Assembly (NCBI RefSeq): GCF_006345805.1
Contig: NC_043019.1
Location: 18,785,360-18,849,359 of the forward strand
Length of the DNA: 64,000 nt
Origin: Octopus sinensis
Taxonomy: Eukaryota
Direction: 5' to 3'
Below the pieces are notes generated by a model that searched no databases, was not told the DNA's origin, and saw nothing but the letters and a program-made list of their open reading frames with translations. Positions within the stretch are counted from its first letter, which is position 1. Each line of letters opens with the position of its first letter. Below, one piece after another: positions 13,057 through 25,736 of this stretch. A program made the translations under genes and the position numbers.

Positions 13057-13417
13057 TATATTATAAAATGAGATAGGGGTTGAAAAATTCAACCCACCAT
13101 ATAATTACATATTATATTTTATATTTCTATTTCCTTGTCTATTTATATTTACTTTATATTTTGTATAATGCCTTTACTGATATGTAATGGTGTAATAAAG
13201 TATTGATTGGGTATCATCTGATAGTTGATGTTTTATTAATTTAAGTATGTTTCTCCATTTTCTAACTTTGTAGTTATATATATATATATATATATTATAT
13301 TAAATTAGAGACAAAACCACTACTAGGCAAATCAAACAATGAAAGACTTAAGCCAATACATATGATTAATTTATATTATTTAAATATGTAACAATTATTA
13401 AAAAATATAATTAATAT

Positions 13418-13480
13418 CCACTACGATCGTTTCCTGTCTGCTGTCTTTAAATTTTTGAGTCGCAGTCATTCATCAGGTGG
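13418..13480 (-). ncRNA. Type I hammerhead ribozyme, intact core, irregular long stem II
   Basis: Minus: CCAC CTGATGA [36 nt, TGACTGC/GCAGACA 6 of 7 pairs] GAAA CGATCG TA GTGG. Palindromic stem III ACGATCGT. Confidence 0.7.
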
Positions 13481-14069
13481 TTTCAAAATTTTTCTTGGCG
13501 AGTTTTAAACAATGAACTATATATATATATTGATTCTAATAACCTGGTGTTGTTGGAATGCCTCAGAACGAAGCGTCAGTCTTTTACAGAGCGCTAATAA
13601 TTAATTTGAATGACAAATAAATAAACAATTAGGTTATGAGCTAATTAAGTTGATAACACAAATTTTTATTCCTTTGTCATTTTAATTTCTTAAATATGCA
13701 GTTATGTTTATGCTTTTAAGTTCGCTTTGCAACCACCTGCTCCGCGTTCGATCTCGGTACACGGCACTTGGTGTCGGCATTGACAGTTGCCTTATTTAGT
13801 TCATGAATACATTGTGTGTGTGTGTGTAGTTTAGTCAGTGTTTACATATTTAATGCAAGGCGTGAAGTATATTGTGGCTAGGATAGGAAACAATATTTAT
13901 CATGAACTGATTGAACAAGCTCTGGAGAATCCTGTCTGTCGTGCATATATAGATACGCGCATAAGGCGGCGTTAGTATTTCATCTATCCATATCTATGTA
14001 ACTGTGACGTTTTGTGTCCCCAATGTCTGTGCTGTCCATTCTGTGTAGCCCTTTATGGGTAATAAAGAA

Positions 14070-14290
14070 ACAGCAGAACCGTTAGCACGCCGGGCGAAAT
14101 GCTTTCAGGCATTTCGTCTGCCGTTACGTTCTGAGTTCAAATTCCGCCGAGGTTGACTTTGCCTTTCATCCTTTCGGGGTCGATAAATTAAGTACCAGTT
14201 ACGCATTGGGGTCAATGTAATCGACTTAATCCCTTTGTCTGTTCTTGTTTGCCCCCTCTATGTTTAGCCCCTTGTGGGCAGTAAAGAAAT
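14070..14290 (+). mobile_element. SINE with conserved central domain (GACTTTGCCTTTCATCCTTTCGGGGTCGATAAATTAAGTACC)
   Basis: The domain recurs at about 1570-1620, 18810-18950 (-), 29160-29250 (-), 52160-52230 and 62590-62720 (-). Confidence 0.7.
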
Positions 14291-14333
14291 ATATAAACCC
14301 TCCTTCATAATTTGAAACTGACTTATTGGAAGT

Positions 14334-14376
14334 CCACCTGAAGATTGTCGATCTAGACAAGTAACAATTGTAGTGG
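14334..14376 (+). ncRNA. Type I hammerhead motif with A13U lesion
   Basis: CCAC CTGAAGA TTGTC-gatcta-GACAA GTAA CAATTG TA GTGG. All stems perfect; GAAA reads GTAA. Confidence 0.7.
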
Positions 14377-14551
14377 CGGTTTTTTTGACTATTTATTAAA
14401 ATTTTATGTATTGATTAAGTCTTTCCTTGTTTGTTTTGCAAAATAGTGGTTTTGTCTCTAATAATATTTTATAATATTTTACTATAAAATTGGATTTAAT
14501 CCTAAATCTGATTTTTTCCCTGTAACTTTGGATTTATTCCCTAATATTTAT

Positions 14552-14636
<85 letters not shown>

Positions 14637-14733
14637 TTAATCCAAACAAGAAAGCACAAAAAAACACAACAACGTGAGGACGTGGAACAAATATAGAATT
14701 ATTGGACGCTCAGGAAAGAAGGGAAGAAGGAGG

Positions 14734-14768
14734 GTTTAACGTTTCGAGCGGAGCTCCTCGTCGGAAAC
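14734..14768 (-). ncRNA. Minimal hammerhead motif (U4C variant)
   Basis: Minus: GTTT CCGACGA g GAGC-tcc-GCTC GAAA CG TT AAAC. ACGT palindromic stem III, so only a dimer could fold. Confidence 0.5.
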
Positions 14769-14860
14769 ATAGGAGAAGGAAAGATCCAGAGAAAGGAAGA
14801 TAGAGGAAAAAAAATCGCCAACGGTCCACACGAGGTCACATTTTGAAAGATATATATATA

Positions 14861-14907
<47 letters not shown>

Positions 14908-16119
14908 GTGCATATATGCATGTATCTATGTATGTGTGTGACAACAGTTTATCAGTCTGAAGGTTTAATCTCGTGAAACTTTTGGCAACTGACTTAATTC
15001 ACCTGAATATCTGTGTGAGCGTGTTACATTGATACATGGCTTATAGCTAAGTTATCTGCTATACACATTCGTGCTGTTGTATAGATATGGAGATAAGCAA
15101 AACTGGGAAAAGATACTGAAAATTTTACGAATAAATTAATCAAAATGGTGAGTTGGTTTTTATTTTCTTTTTATAATCGCTTCGTGAGTCACTTGTCAAT
15201 TTGTGATTCAATTTCTCTCGTCCATCCCTCAATCACGAATATCTTTGTTTTAAGAGATGCTCTTAAATTTCAAAAGAAATTAAGTGTCGCCGTGAAAGAA
15301 TTAAAAGGCACAAAAAGAAAATGACTCTCCCCAGACACAACAGAATATGCTTCAACACACGAACTCATATAAAGAATCTTGCAAACCAAATCCAAAAACG
15401 AAAAGTGAAAATGTTTTCCTTTTAAAAGAAAAGAAAAGGAAAAGTGAAAGTATTATCACTTGATTTGAAAAGTGAAAGTTAATTTATTTTTATAAGGCAT
15501 AAATGCATTTATTATGGTTAAATATGTGTGTGTGTGTGTGTGTGTATGTGTGATATTTTTTCTCTTCATAGGAAATACCTAACATCACATTATTTTAATT
15601 AAATAAGTCTCTGTGAGGTTGTCAGGTGCAATAAGGCTCAATGTTTCGTTTATTTCTTCAACATTCTTTTCTGTCACTTGAAATACTCTTTTATTATTAT
15701 TTAACCATTTCAGTCTTCAAATGCGTAATGCCCCCTCCCTCAAAAAAAAAATAATCGATCCGGTGAGAGGAAGAGACGTAAGTCAGAAAAAAAGAAACAT
15801 TTTTTGAAAAATTCTTTTGATGTTTAAAAAGTTGCGGGTAGACTTCCGCCCCGCCCACCCAAGACACCCTAAAAAACTTTTTTCCGATACAACCCCCCCC
15901 CCCTCCCATCACCACCACTTTTCGGCTACGGGAAATACGAATGTACAAAAAAAAATTGGCAAAAACCGGCATTTCTAAATTCCCCACCCCCTATATTTTT
16001 TTTTTAATATGCGGAAAAACATGGAGATTGTGATTCTGAAAAAAATTGAAAAAATGTTTATAGTTACGGTTAAGCTTAAAGTTTTAGTACTGGTGTCTGA
16101 TTGTTGGAAAGAGTTAGGG

Positions 16120-16539
16120 TTTCAGTTTCCGTCTACCAAATCCACTCACAAGGCTTTGGTCGGCCCGAGGCTAGAGAAGACACTTGCCCAAGGTGTGATG
16201 CAGTGGGACTGAACCCGGAACCATGTGGTTGATAAGCAAGCTACTTACCCGCCTCTGTATTTTACTTACATTTACTGGTGTCTGATTGTTGAAGAAAAAA
16301 TGGGATTAAAAAAATCTACGCAGATATCAATAAAGCGTTTTAAACGAATCTGGTTGATTCTCTCCAACAATCAGACACCAGTAAATGTAAGTAAAATACA
16401 GAGGCGGGTAAGTAGCTTGCTTATCAACCACATGGTTCCGGGTTCAGTCCCACTGCATCACACCTTGGGCAAGTGTCTTCTACTATAGCCTCGGGCCGAC
16501 CAAAGCCTTGTGAGTGGATTTGGTAGACAGAAACTGAAA
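16120..16539. repeat. Inverted duplication, ~172-bp arms (SINE plus flank) with 73-bp spacer
   Basis: 16120-16291 vs 16365-16539, near-identical. Confidence 0.9.
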
Positions 16540-19313
16540 GAAGCCCTGTCGTATATATATATACGACACCATAACTTAGTAGTTTGGCAGAACGGACTGA
16601 TAGAGGCTTACAAAGAATAAGTCCTGGGGTTGATTTGCTCAACTAAAGGTGGTGCTCCAGCATGGTGGCAGTCAAATGACTGAAACGGGTAAAAGAGTAA
16701 AAGAATGCAAGGTAATTCTTCATATATGACAAGTAGACCCAAATATCCTTTAGAAGAATTTCAAGAAATTCAAAATTATGTTTAGAAGAAATTCTGTCTT
16801 TAATTGTAAGAATTCTCCTTACAATGCCGATAATAGTTTTTATTGTATTAACAGACTTAGATATAGAAAATATTGAAATGAATATTTCCGAAAATACATG
16901 CTAACACGTTTTCCAGGCAATCCAAAATACAGTGAATCTTTAAAATAGGGGCAGAATCGATTCAAAGGTTCTCACACAACTCCCACTCCCTGTTCTCACC
17001 GCTGAGGCTTGACTCAACTTGGAGGTCATGACAAACAACACAATCTGCAAAATGCTGTGGGGTGGGGTTGAAAATAAGGGCTTGTAGTTGCAAAGTAATT
17101 ACACTTGGCTGTAAAACAATGATTCAATAATGTGTCTGAGCTATGCTAGTTTGGCAAAATGGAATAGAACCTGAGACCCTTTGGTTGGGAAGCAAACTTC
17201 TAACCGCACAGCCGCTCCTCTGTTGATGTAGATTCGAAAGAAGTTGGAATTAAAACTTAATTACAACTTTTATTCCTGTGTTATGGCCCATTCCAAAAAA
17301 ATTTCCTACTTCAACAAAATATTGTCATTCCTCCCCCACACACACACCTTGGGGAACATTGATGTAAACTTTAAATACTTAAACACCAATCCTCAGATCT
17401 CAGTTTTGAGGGTTTCATACTTTTTCTTTCTTCAATTACCTTTTTTTATCTTTCATCTTGATGTAACATATTGGGATCCCCCATTTGTCTTCATATTTCT
17501 GATTAGACATGTCTTGTTCAGAATAAAAAAAAGACAAACAACCTTTTATGTGACCAGCTATAAAAGTCTTGGCTACCTTCATGTCTTTCCTATTTTGCAC
17601 GGTGTGCTGACAATTTGGCGGACTGGACTTTCGGCCTGCTTTAGTGACCATACATTTTGACACTGATGACAACACGTACACACATATGTATATATATATA
17701 TAGAGAGAGAGAGACAGACAGACAGACAGGCAAACAGAGAAAGAAAGAGGCAATACATGCATACAAACATGACTCGATGCTTGCTCACGTGAACAGAAAG
17801 TGAGAGAATGAGAGAAACATTAAAATATCTGATTCGAAATCAGGCAACACTGAATGAGTGATGCCAAAAGGGCTGTGCCGAAATGTCTTTTTGCATCTTT
17901 ATTCCAGCAACCAAAAGAACAAAACTACAAGTCCCATTAAAAAAAAAAAGCCTGATGGTGATGTTTAAAGTTTCAATTTTCTGAATTGTTCTGTATTCTA
18001 AAAGATCATGACCACTAAAAGAGTAGACCATTGTCAGGTAAACAAACGCTGGTCACAAAACAAAGCTTATCAGCAATTGAACAGAAACTGAAAGCCTGCT
18101 TCCAACAGATGGTGAAAGAAGGAGACACAGCTCACTGATACTTTGCTATATTCAGCCATGAACTTTGACTTATTTCATAGAATCAAATTGATATTATATT
18201 GTTTAATTGTTTTTTTTAATATTTAGGCAAAGAATTGATAAGAAATACCAAAATAGTTCCTACATAAGACAGCTTTAAAATTCAATGTATGCAATCATCA
18301 TCATCATCTTTGTTTTAATGTCCACATTTCCATATTTGCATTGAGAAGACAGAGTTTTATTGATGCATACTTTGTAGGCCGGGTACCCTCCCTGCTGCCA
18401 ACCCTCACCTGGTTCCAAGGTAGGAGACCCCCCCCCTACCGATAGGCATTTGGAAATAAATGCAGTGCTACAACAGAGATGCACACACATATGCATACAC
18501 ACACACACACACGTGCGCACATAGTGGGTGAGAAGACATTATTATAAGCATAGAAGACATGACCTCTGAATTAGGGTTCAAACTTCCAAATCAAGGTAAA
18601 ATAATCCAGTAAAATCAATGTAAACTATAAGAAATACATAGCTTGAGCAAGTAATAAGGAAACAAAATATGGACAAGAATTTATGGATGGCAGGAATTCA
18701 TTTATATCATGTTATATATATACATATTACAAGATGAAAACATATCTTTACAGCTGTTTCAAAACCTGGTGATTGCTTGATGCTATAACGCTATACATAA
18801 TATATTTCTTTACTACCCACAAGGGGCTAAACATAAAGGGGGCAGACAGAGGGATTAAATCGATTACATCAACCCCAGTGCGAAACTGGTACTTTATTTA
18901 TCGACCCCAAAAGGATGAAAGGCAAAGTCAACCTTGGCGGAATTTGAACTCAAAGGCACTGATTATACACAGCAAATAAGCAAACATATTATGAACTCTC
19001 ATGGAACATGCTGCATTAACATCTTCAGCAGGAAATGCTGAGTATTTTCATCAGAAGGATGAGTGGTAAAGACATTTTTTTGTTTATTTGCTGCAGCCCT
19101 TTGTTTTATGTGTTAGACTCAGTTGTTGTGCATAGACAAAGATAACAGTTATCATTCTTTTGCCTGCAACAGTCAAAGTTTAACTATTGTGTCACAGACT
19201 TTGGTTACTCTGGTGACATTATCTATCCATTTTTAAGCCAATAAGTGTATCTAAACTAGCATTGTTATCTACTCAGAAAAAATTGTACTGATGCTTTTTA
19301 CTCCTGGTGAGTT

Positions 19314-20576
19314 GGATCTTTTCCTTTTGATGGACGGAATTCAACACAATTTCTAGTTAACTAAACAATTTGAAACTTCGTATACTGGTAGAATGTGTCA
19401 AAAGAAAACATTATTTTCACTTGGCTTTTTTGAGAAAATTGTAATTTGTAAGTTTAACGTAGTTTAATTCTTCGAATTTTAACCAATGGATTGCCAGCAT
19501 TTGAGCTCAAATCATTTGCTGCATTATCGATATTGATAAACAAACGAGGAGACGCATGCCGCATACACACTCACACACATATATTCAGATACATACACAC
19601 ATACACTTGCACACACACACACACACACTCTCTGTCACTCTCTCTCTCTCTCTCTCAAATACATGCATATACATTTGCACAAGCACATAGTAATTAATAT
19701 ATAAGCGTACACACACATACAAACGGAGATATACATACGCACACAAGCATACATACACGTTCGTGAGTTCGCACTGGTGTTGATAGAATCGACTTAATAC
19801 TTTTGTATCTCATGCTTTGTCCCCTCTGTGTTTTGCCCCTTGCCGGAACAAATTTACACAAAAGGTAAATAAACCAGAAATGGGGCGGGGGTCAATGTTT
19901 CATCGTTTCGGGGTCGATAAATTAAGTACCAATTACGCACTGGTGTCGAGGATTTTTTTCCCAATTTATATCACAGCCTCCGACAAGCTGGGGCATCCTT
20001 TTATGAAAAAAATATTTCGCAAAATTTTACAATACGACCCACACTCCACACGCACCCTCAAATCCCACTCTAGACCGATTTAAGCATATTATTTTGTTTT
20101 TGTTGTTTTTGGCCCTTCAAAACCATGGTAGAAGCCTTTTCGGTAAAAAAAAAAAGAAAGAAAATATTAAAAAAATATCGTTAATATTTTTATTGGGCGA
20201 AGAAATTCATCGATTTAAGAGATATAGCTGTTATTTCTAGCACATGCCTCGTTTGTTTATCAATATCGATGAGCGAGACAGACAGAAGAGAGAAGGATGA
20301 ATAACATGAGTGTGTGTGTGTGTGTGCGCGCTGTTTACGTTGTAACAGGATGTCTGAGTTTTTAGATGCAGCAAATGATTTGAGCTCAAATGCTGGCAAT
20401 TCATTGGTTAAAATTCGAAGAATTAAACTACATTAAACTTACAAATTATAAATTTATCAAAAAAGCCAAGTGAAAATAATGTTTTCTTTTGACACATTCT
20501 ACCAGTGTACGAAGTTTCAAATTGTTTAGTTAACTAGAAATTGTGTTGAATTCCGTCCATCAAAAGGAAAAGATCC
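19314..20576. mobile_element. Non-autonomous DNA transposon, ~200-bp TIRs starting GGATCTTTT, 8-bp TSD GGTGAGTT
   Basis: TSD at 19306-19313 and 20577-20584; arms 19314-19520 and about 20365-20576 are reverse complements. Confidence 0.85.
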
Positions 20577-21014
20577 GGTGAGTTTTTACTCATGGTTGAG
20601 GTACCTCTCCTACTTATTGCTTGCATACAGCTCACATCTACTTACCTCAGCTCTAGCAACTCTTTCACTTCACCAAACATACCTTTCTTTGTATGAACAT
20701 TAATAGTTGAATCCTCAATGGTTTTTCTTTTTACCACATCAGAGAAGAATCTCCTGTTTTAGAAGGATTGAGGCTTGAGATATTTCTTCTTCCTGTACAT
20801 GAAGAAGAATGTTTGGTCACTTGATGATGACAATGGAGGGGTTTCTTGTCCTAGTGAGAGGTTTCCACCTAACCACCCAACTACTATGCACAATACTAAC
20901 TCTATAAGTGTTAGGCCTATATAAGCAATTAGGATTTATCATTAAGTATAAATTTGGCATTGTTTTACAGGCTGGATGCCCTTCCTGTCTCCGTCCAGTT
21001 TGTGTATGTATATA

Positions 21015-21104
21015 GACTACTTAGTCTATCTTCTCTCTCTCTTTAAAACATATATATATATATATATATGTTTTAAAGAGAGAGAGAAGATAGACTAAGT
21101 AGTC
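21015..21104. repeat. 90-bp perfect palindrome centred on (TA)n
   Basis: GACTACTTAGTCTATCTTCTCTCTCTCTTTAAAACA(TA)n mirrored exactly. Confidence 0.9.
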
Positions 21105-21396
21105 GAGGCAGAAATATATGTCCACAGCTGCCCTCTGGTCTCCAGACAACCTGACTGACTTTTCCTTAAGGACAGGATTCTAGAGAATCCTTGAAATCTT
21201 GATTCCTGATATCATTTTCCCTTCCCATTTGGAGACATCGAGAATTTATGTTCTATGATATTTATTAACCTAATTTTATTTGGCTTTTGTTGTTCAAACA
21301 CATGCTACAAGCTGCTCTGAGTTATTTTATTATTTCACATCGTTCATCTTCAATTATATATACATATATATACACACACACACACATATATATATG

Positions 21397-21429
<33 letters not shown>

Positions 21430-21430
21430 G

Positions 21431-21503
<73 letters not shown>

Positions 21504-21505
<2 letters not shown>

Positions 21506-21900
21506 TACTTATAAATGAGGGCAAATGAAAAAATTTCTTATGCCAAATATGCCGAAATTAGACACATTGTCCATAACCATTATAATTTTTCACAATACGC
21601 ATGCTACTCCAAAAAGGTCAACAGAAATCTCTAAAACATTCCATTATTACCATATCGGTCCGATTTCAGGGTTAGTTCGTAAGAACCCTCCCTTCGTCAG
21701 TGATAAATGTGGCAATGAAATAAATGAGATACTTACTCATACCCGTGGAAGAAGTAAAAACTAAGTTATGAGCAAAATTCTGTTGACCTTTTTGGAGTAG
21801 CGTGCGTATTGTGAAAAATTATAATGGTTATGGACAATGTGTCTAATTTCGGCATATTTGGCATTAGAAATTTTTTCGTTTGCCCTCATTTATAAGTAGT
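21504..21900. repeat. Fold-back: 123-bp inverted arms (3 mismatches) around an HHR-containing loop
   Basis: 21504-21626 is the reverse complement of 21778-21900. Confidence 0.9.
21649..21704 (-). ncRNA. Type I hammerhead ribozyme, intact core, inside a fold-back element
   Basis: Minus: ATCA CTGACGA AGGG...CCCT GAAA TCGG-a-CCGA TA TGGT. Predicted cleavage after A21653. Confidence 0.8.
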
Positions 21901-22550
21901 TTATAAATTTAACCTTTAAAGGTATTTTTTAATATGCTGGCCATTGATAAAATTTTATCTTACATTAAATATATATATATATGAACAGATGACTAGCTCA
22001 TCTAGTACAGTTAAAGTCACCTGTGACTTAGGGACAGTGGTAAGCATAGTCTAATCAGCTGTATACACAGCATCCATAAGATTAAGGTTTCATGCATCTT
22101 TGGATACTATTGTAGCTGTGGATTAGTAAGCGACATTAAAATTTTCTTCATCAATGCATTCCATGCTTTGATCACAGATTATTTACGTGTTAAAGTCATT
22201 CTAACCATTAATTGTGGTTTGCTTCACTTCAATATGCCAACACCTTTTATGGATCCTTGTTAATCATACATATTATATATATATATATATACATATATAC
22301 CCATGCTAGCATGGAAGGAGGGCATTAAATGATATATATTCTTTTGTTCTTTTACTTGTTTCAGTTTGTTGGCTGCTGCCATGCTGGAGCACCACTTTTA
22401 GGCGAATGAATCAACCCCAGCATTCATTCTTTGTATGCTTGGTACTTATTCTATCACTTGTTTTGCTAAGTTATGGGGATGTAAACACAATAACATTGGT
22501 TGTCAAGCGATGGTGGAAAGACAAACACAGACACACAAACATATACATAC

Positions 22551-22591
<41 letters not shown>

Positions 22592-22744
22592 ACGAGCTTC
22601 TTTCAGTTTCCGTCTACCAAATCCAATCACAAGGTTTTGGTTGACCCGAAGCTATAATAAAAAACACTTGCCCGAGGTGCCATGCAGTGGGACTGAACCC
22701 AGAACCATATAGTTAGGAAACAAGCTTCTTACCACACAGCCATG

Positions 22745-22895
<151 letters not shown>

Positions 22896-23711
22896 GTACA
22901 TACATCTATACGTATATATATATATATACACACATTTACTGTGCTTGAGAAATCCCCATAAAGCTAAAGCTAAGTAAAACCACTGCCTACCGTGTGCATA
23001 GGTTTGTCCTTTACAGGTGCCAGTGCAACATAAAAGGTGCTCGTTCCGGTGCTATGTAATTTGGGCTGTACTTAAGTCACAAACAACAAGCATGGTTGTT
23101 GTTGTTGTTGTTGCTGTCCATTCTCCCATCGTCAGATCATCCACTCATTTCATGTCTTTTGTCTTTGAAGACGTTGTGAAATAAGAAAGATCCCATACTT
23201 GGTAAACAGATCATGATTGGTAGTAGGAAGGACTTTCAGCTGTAAAACTCTGCCTCAATAATATATTCTTCTAATTCATGCCATCATGGAAAAAAAAATG
23301 AACCAGGAAATTCCCAAACTGGAACTCCCTGTCTCCTATTTTATGTGGTTCCTTTGGAAACCAAATAGCTTTGTTGCTCTTCACAAGGCTCAAATCAGAA
23401 AGAAATGTTATTTTCAACAATTTTATTTGCCAGCTTTACAACACATAGAACCAGATTATCATCTCCTGTGAGGGCCTTTATTTATACAGAAGAAGTATTT
23501 TTACATTTAACGGTTAACAAGTTTCAAGTGAAATTTCAAAAGGAAAGAAACTTTCAGCTCTTTGATTGCTTTTTTTATCTGCATATATATGCATGTGTCT
23601 AGGAGTGTGTGTGTGAGAGAGAGAGAGAGTGTGTGTATGTATACATGTGTGTGTATATATATATGGATAATAAAACGTCTTTCATTTGCCATATATATAT
23701 ATGTATATGTA

Positions 23712-23781
<70 letters not shown>

Positions 23782-23816
23782 CGTTTACAAAGTCTGTTTG
23801 TATATTATGGCTGTTT

Positions 23817-24131
23817 CTATTTTCTCAGTTTTTTTCCTTCTAAAAGATTCTTTGCCACCTTCTTTTTCTGTACTTCAGTATAATTAAATATTCGTATCAT
23901 AGCCCTTAAGTGGTCATCAGAATCTTTCTCATTGGTCAGGTAATGAAAGAATGAATCTTTGAGGAATCGCAATGTTGCTGCGGCCTCTGTACTTGGTTTG
24001 TCTGCATTCTCATAAACTTCGCGCCGTTGTATTGTTTGCCATTTGGCCAACTCACATTCGGTCCATGCCAAACGACGAGCTAGTTCTCGTATACCGACAT
24101 TATTTACGCCTCTGGTAAGTAAAGTTTGCAA
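23817..24131 (-). CDS. qtc: qtc-like gene, terminal exon with GRIP-like domain and TAG stop
   Basis: tttcatttcag|TTG CAA, phase 0. LRFLKDSFFHYLTNEKDSDDHLRAMIRIFNYTEVQKKKV has the GRIP pattern (YL+..+..FL...E....L..I..+L.F+..E) and is close to the qtc C-terminus as recalled. Candidate AATAAA signals on the minus strand at 23477-23482 and 23422-23427. Confidence 0.85.
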   Translation of the reverse strand: MQTLLTRGVNNVGIRELARRLAWTECELAKWQTIQRREVYENADKPSTEAAATLRFLKDSFFHYLTNEKDSDDHLRAMIRIFNYTEVQKKKVAKNLLEGKKLRK

Positions 24132-25362
24132 CTGAAATGAAACGTAATCGCAAAAGAATTGTAGCAAAATGGAATGGAATTCCAATTATAATTTTCTAGG
24201 TTATTAACTACAACTAGTTACATGTGCCACATGCCTTGATTGGTCTAATCACCAGTCATCGACAACTGTCTTATTCCTGGATGTATACTTGGTACCAAAC
24301 TGTTATTCCATTTTTTAATCATCAGTTTAGAATCCTAGTTCAGATTCAGTTTGGAATATCTCCACATCCAGGGATAAGGCACCAGAAAAAAAACAAAAAA
24401 CAGGAAATTGAAACAATCAAAACAAGAAAAAAAATATGAAATGTAAATAATAAACTATTTTTACATCTATAAATGCAATGTTAATAATGTGATAAACTCA
24501 ATCTTATTAACTATAACTTATTACAGCCATTTTGAAAATAAAATGAAAAGAAACTGGGGCTTAATGGGGATTGGGGCTGCCCTCCTTCTGATTGTTTAGC
24601 CCTGTGTCAATCCCAATCAAAGGGATTTCAATTAGCCATGATGAAGTGGTGAGGATTGTGTTTGTAATGGTGTTATTGCTTAGTGTCCAGAGTGGCAACA
24701 TCAAACAGAATAAGATCATAGGTGCTCTAGTCATGACCATCCCATTAATTTTTTTTTTAAAAAGAAAATATATCTCAAACTATATTAACCTTTTTTTTTG
24801 TACATATCCACTTTTTAAAGAAAGTCAGTAGATGTGGTTTTAAGGAAGATTTGGCTGCTGTTTCCAGCAGATTGAGTTACAGTGAAGAGAGAGATACCCT
24901 CAGGAACCATGTTATTGGTTAGCCACAGGGCAGCCTTGATCCAATCAAAGGCATTGTAAATACGTGACGATTCTGGAATGGCCAAATGGAACAAGGAAGA
25001 AAATCAAAGAGACAACATTTATAAATACATCCAAATCCACATACATATATACATACAGACAGAACAGGTATACATGCTAATATACACACAGGTATATCTA
25101 TATATGTGTACATATATTGCAATGACAAACGTAAGACTAAACTGTACAATGTTGCTTTCTGTTTTTTAAGATATGAAGGTGTGGTTTGTGGGAGATTAAG
25201 CTGTTCTTTCTTGCAAATCTAATGATCATGTAGGAGATGGATTTGGCTCTGCTGTTTGGATGCAGATGGTCAGACACATTGGACTGGACATTCCTCCTGT
25301 TTTGGCAACAATACCGTTTACTGTAGGAAGCAAACACATGCACAAAAGTAAAGATTAAAGAG

Positions 25363-25418
<56 letters not shown>

Positions 25419-25640
25419 AGGGGAGAGAGAAAATGAGAGAAACATTGAAATGTCTACTGTCAAGTAAGTCAGCATGAAATCAGCCCCTTAGGAGGCAGTG
25501 CCAAAACAGCTGTGCCAAAGCATCTCAGAGCCCGGGGCAGAGATTCCTCTAAGATGAATTACTGATGGTATTGAGGATGAGTGCTGCTAGTGATGATGAT
25601 AGATAAATAGGTTCCTGATAACAAACACATCCAAACTTAC

Positions 25641-25736
25641 ATCCTCCTCCCTCTCGAACTGTGCCGACTGCTGACCTTTCTTATACATCTCCAAATACAT
25701 CTTCTCTTGGTCATCTTCCCTCTTTTTCACAGTTTC
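25641..25736 (-). CDS. qtc: qtc-like gene, 96-bp exon ETVKKREDDQEKMYLEMYKKGQQSAQFEREED
   Basis: Not in the ORF track; found by reading. gttcaacag|GAA...GAT|gtaagt, phase 0/0, open frame. MYLEMYKKGQ.AQFERE resembles the motif I recall from qtc-family proteins. Confidence 0.9.
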
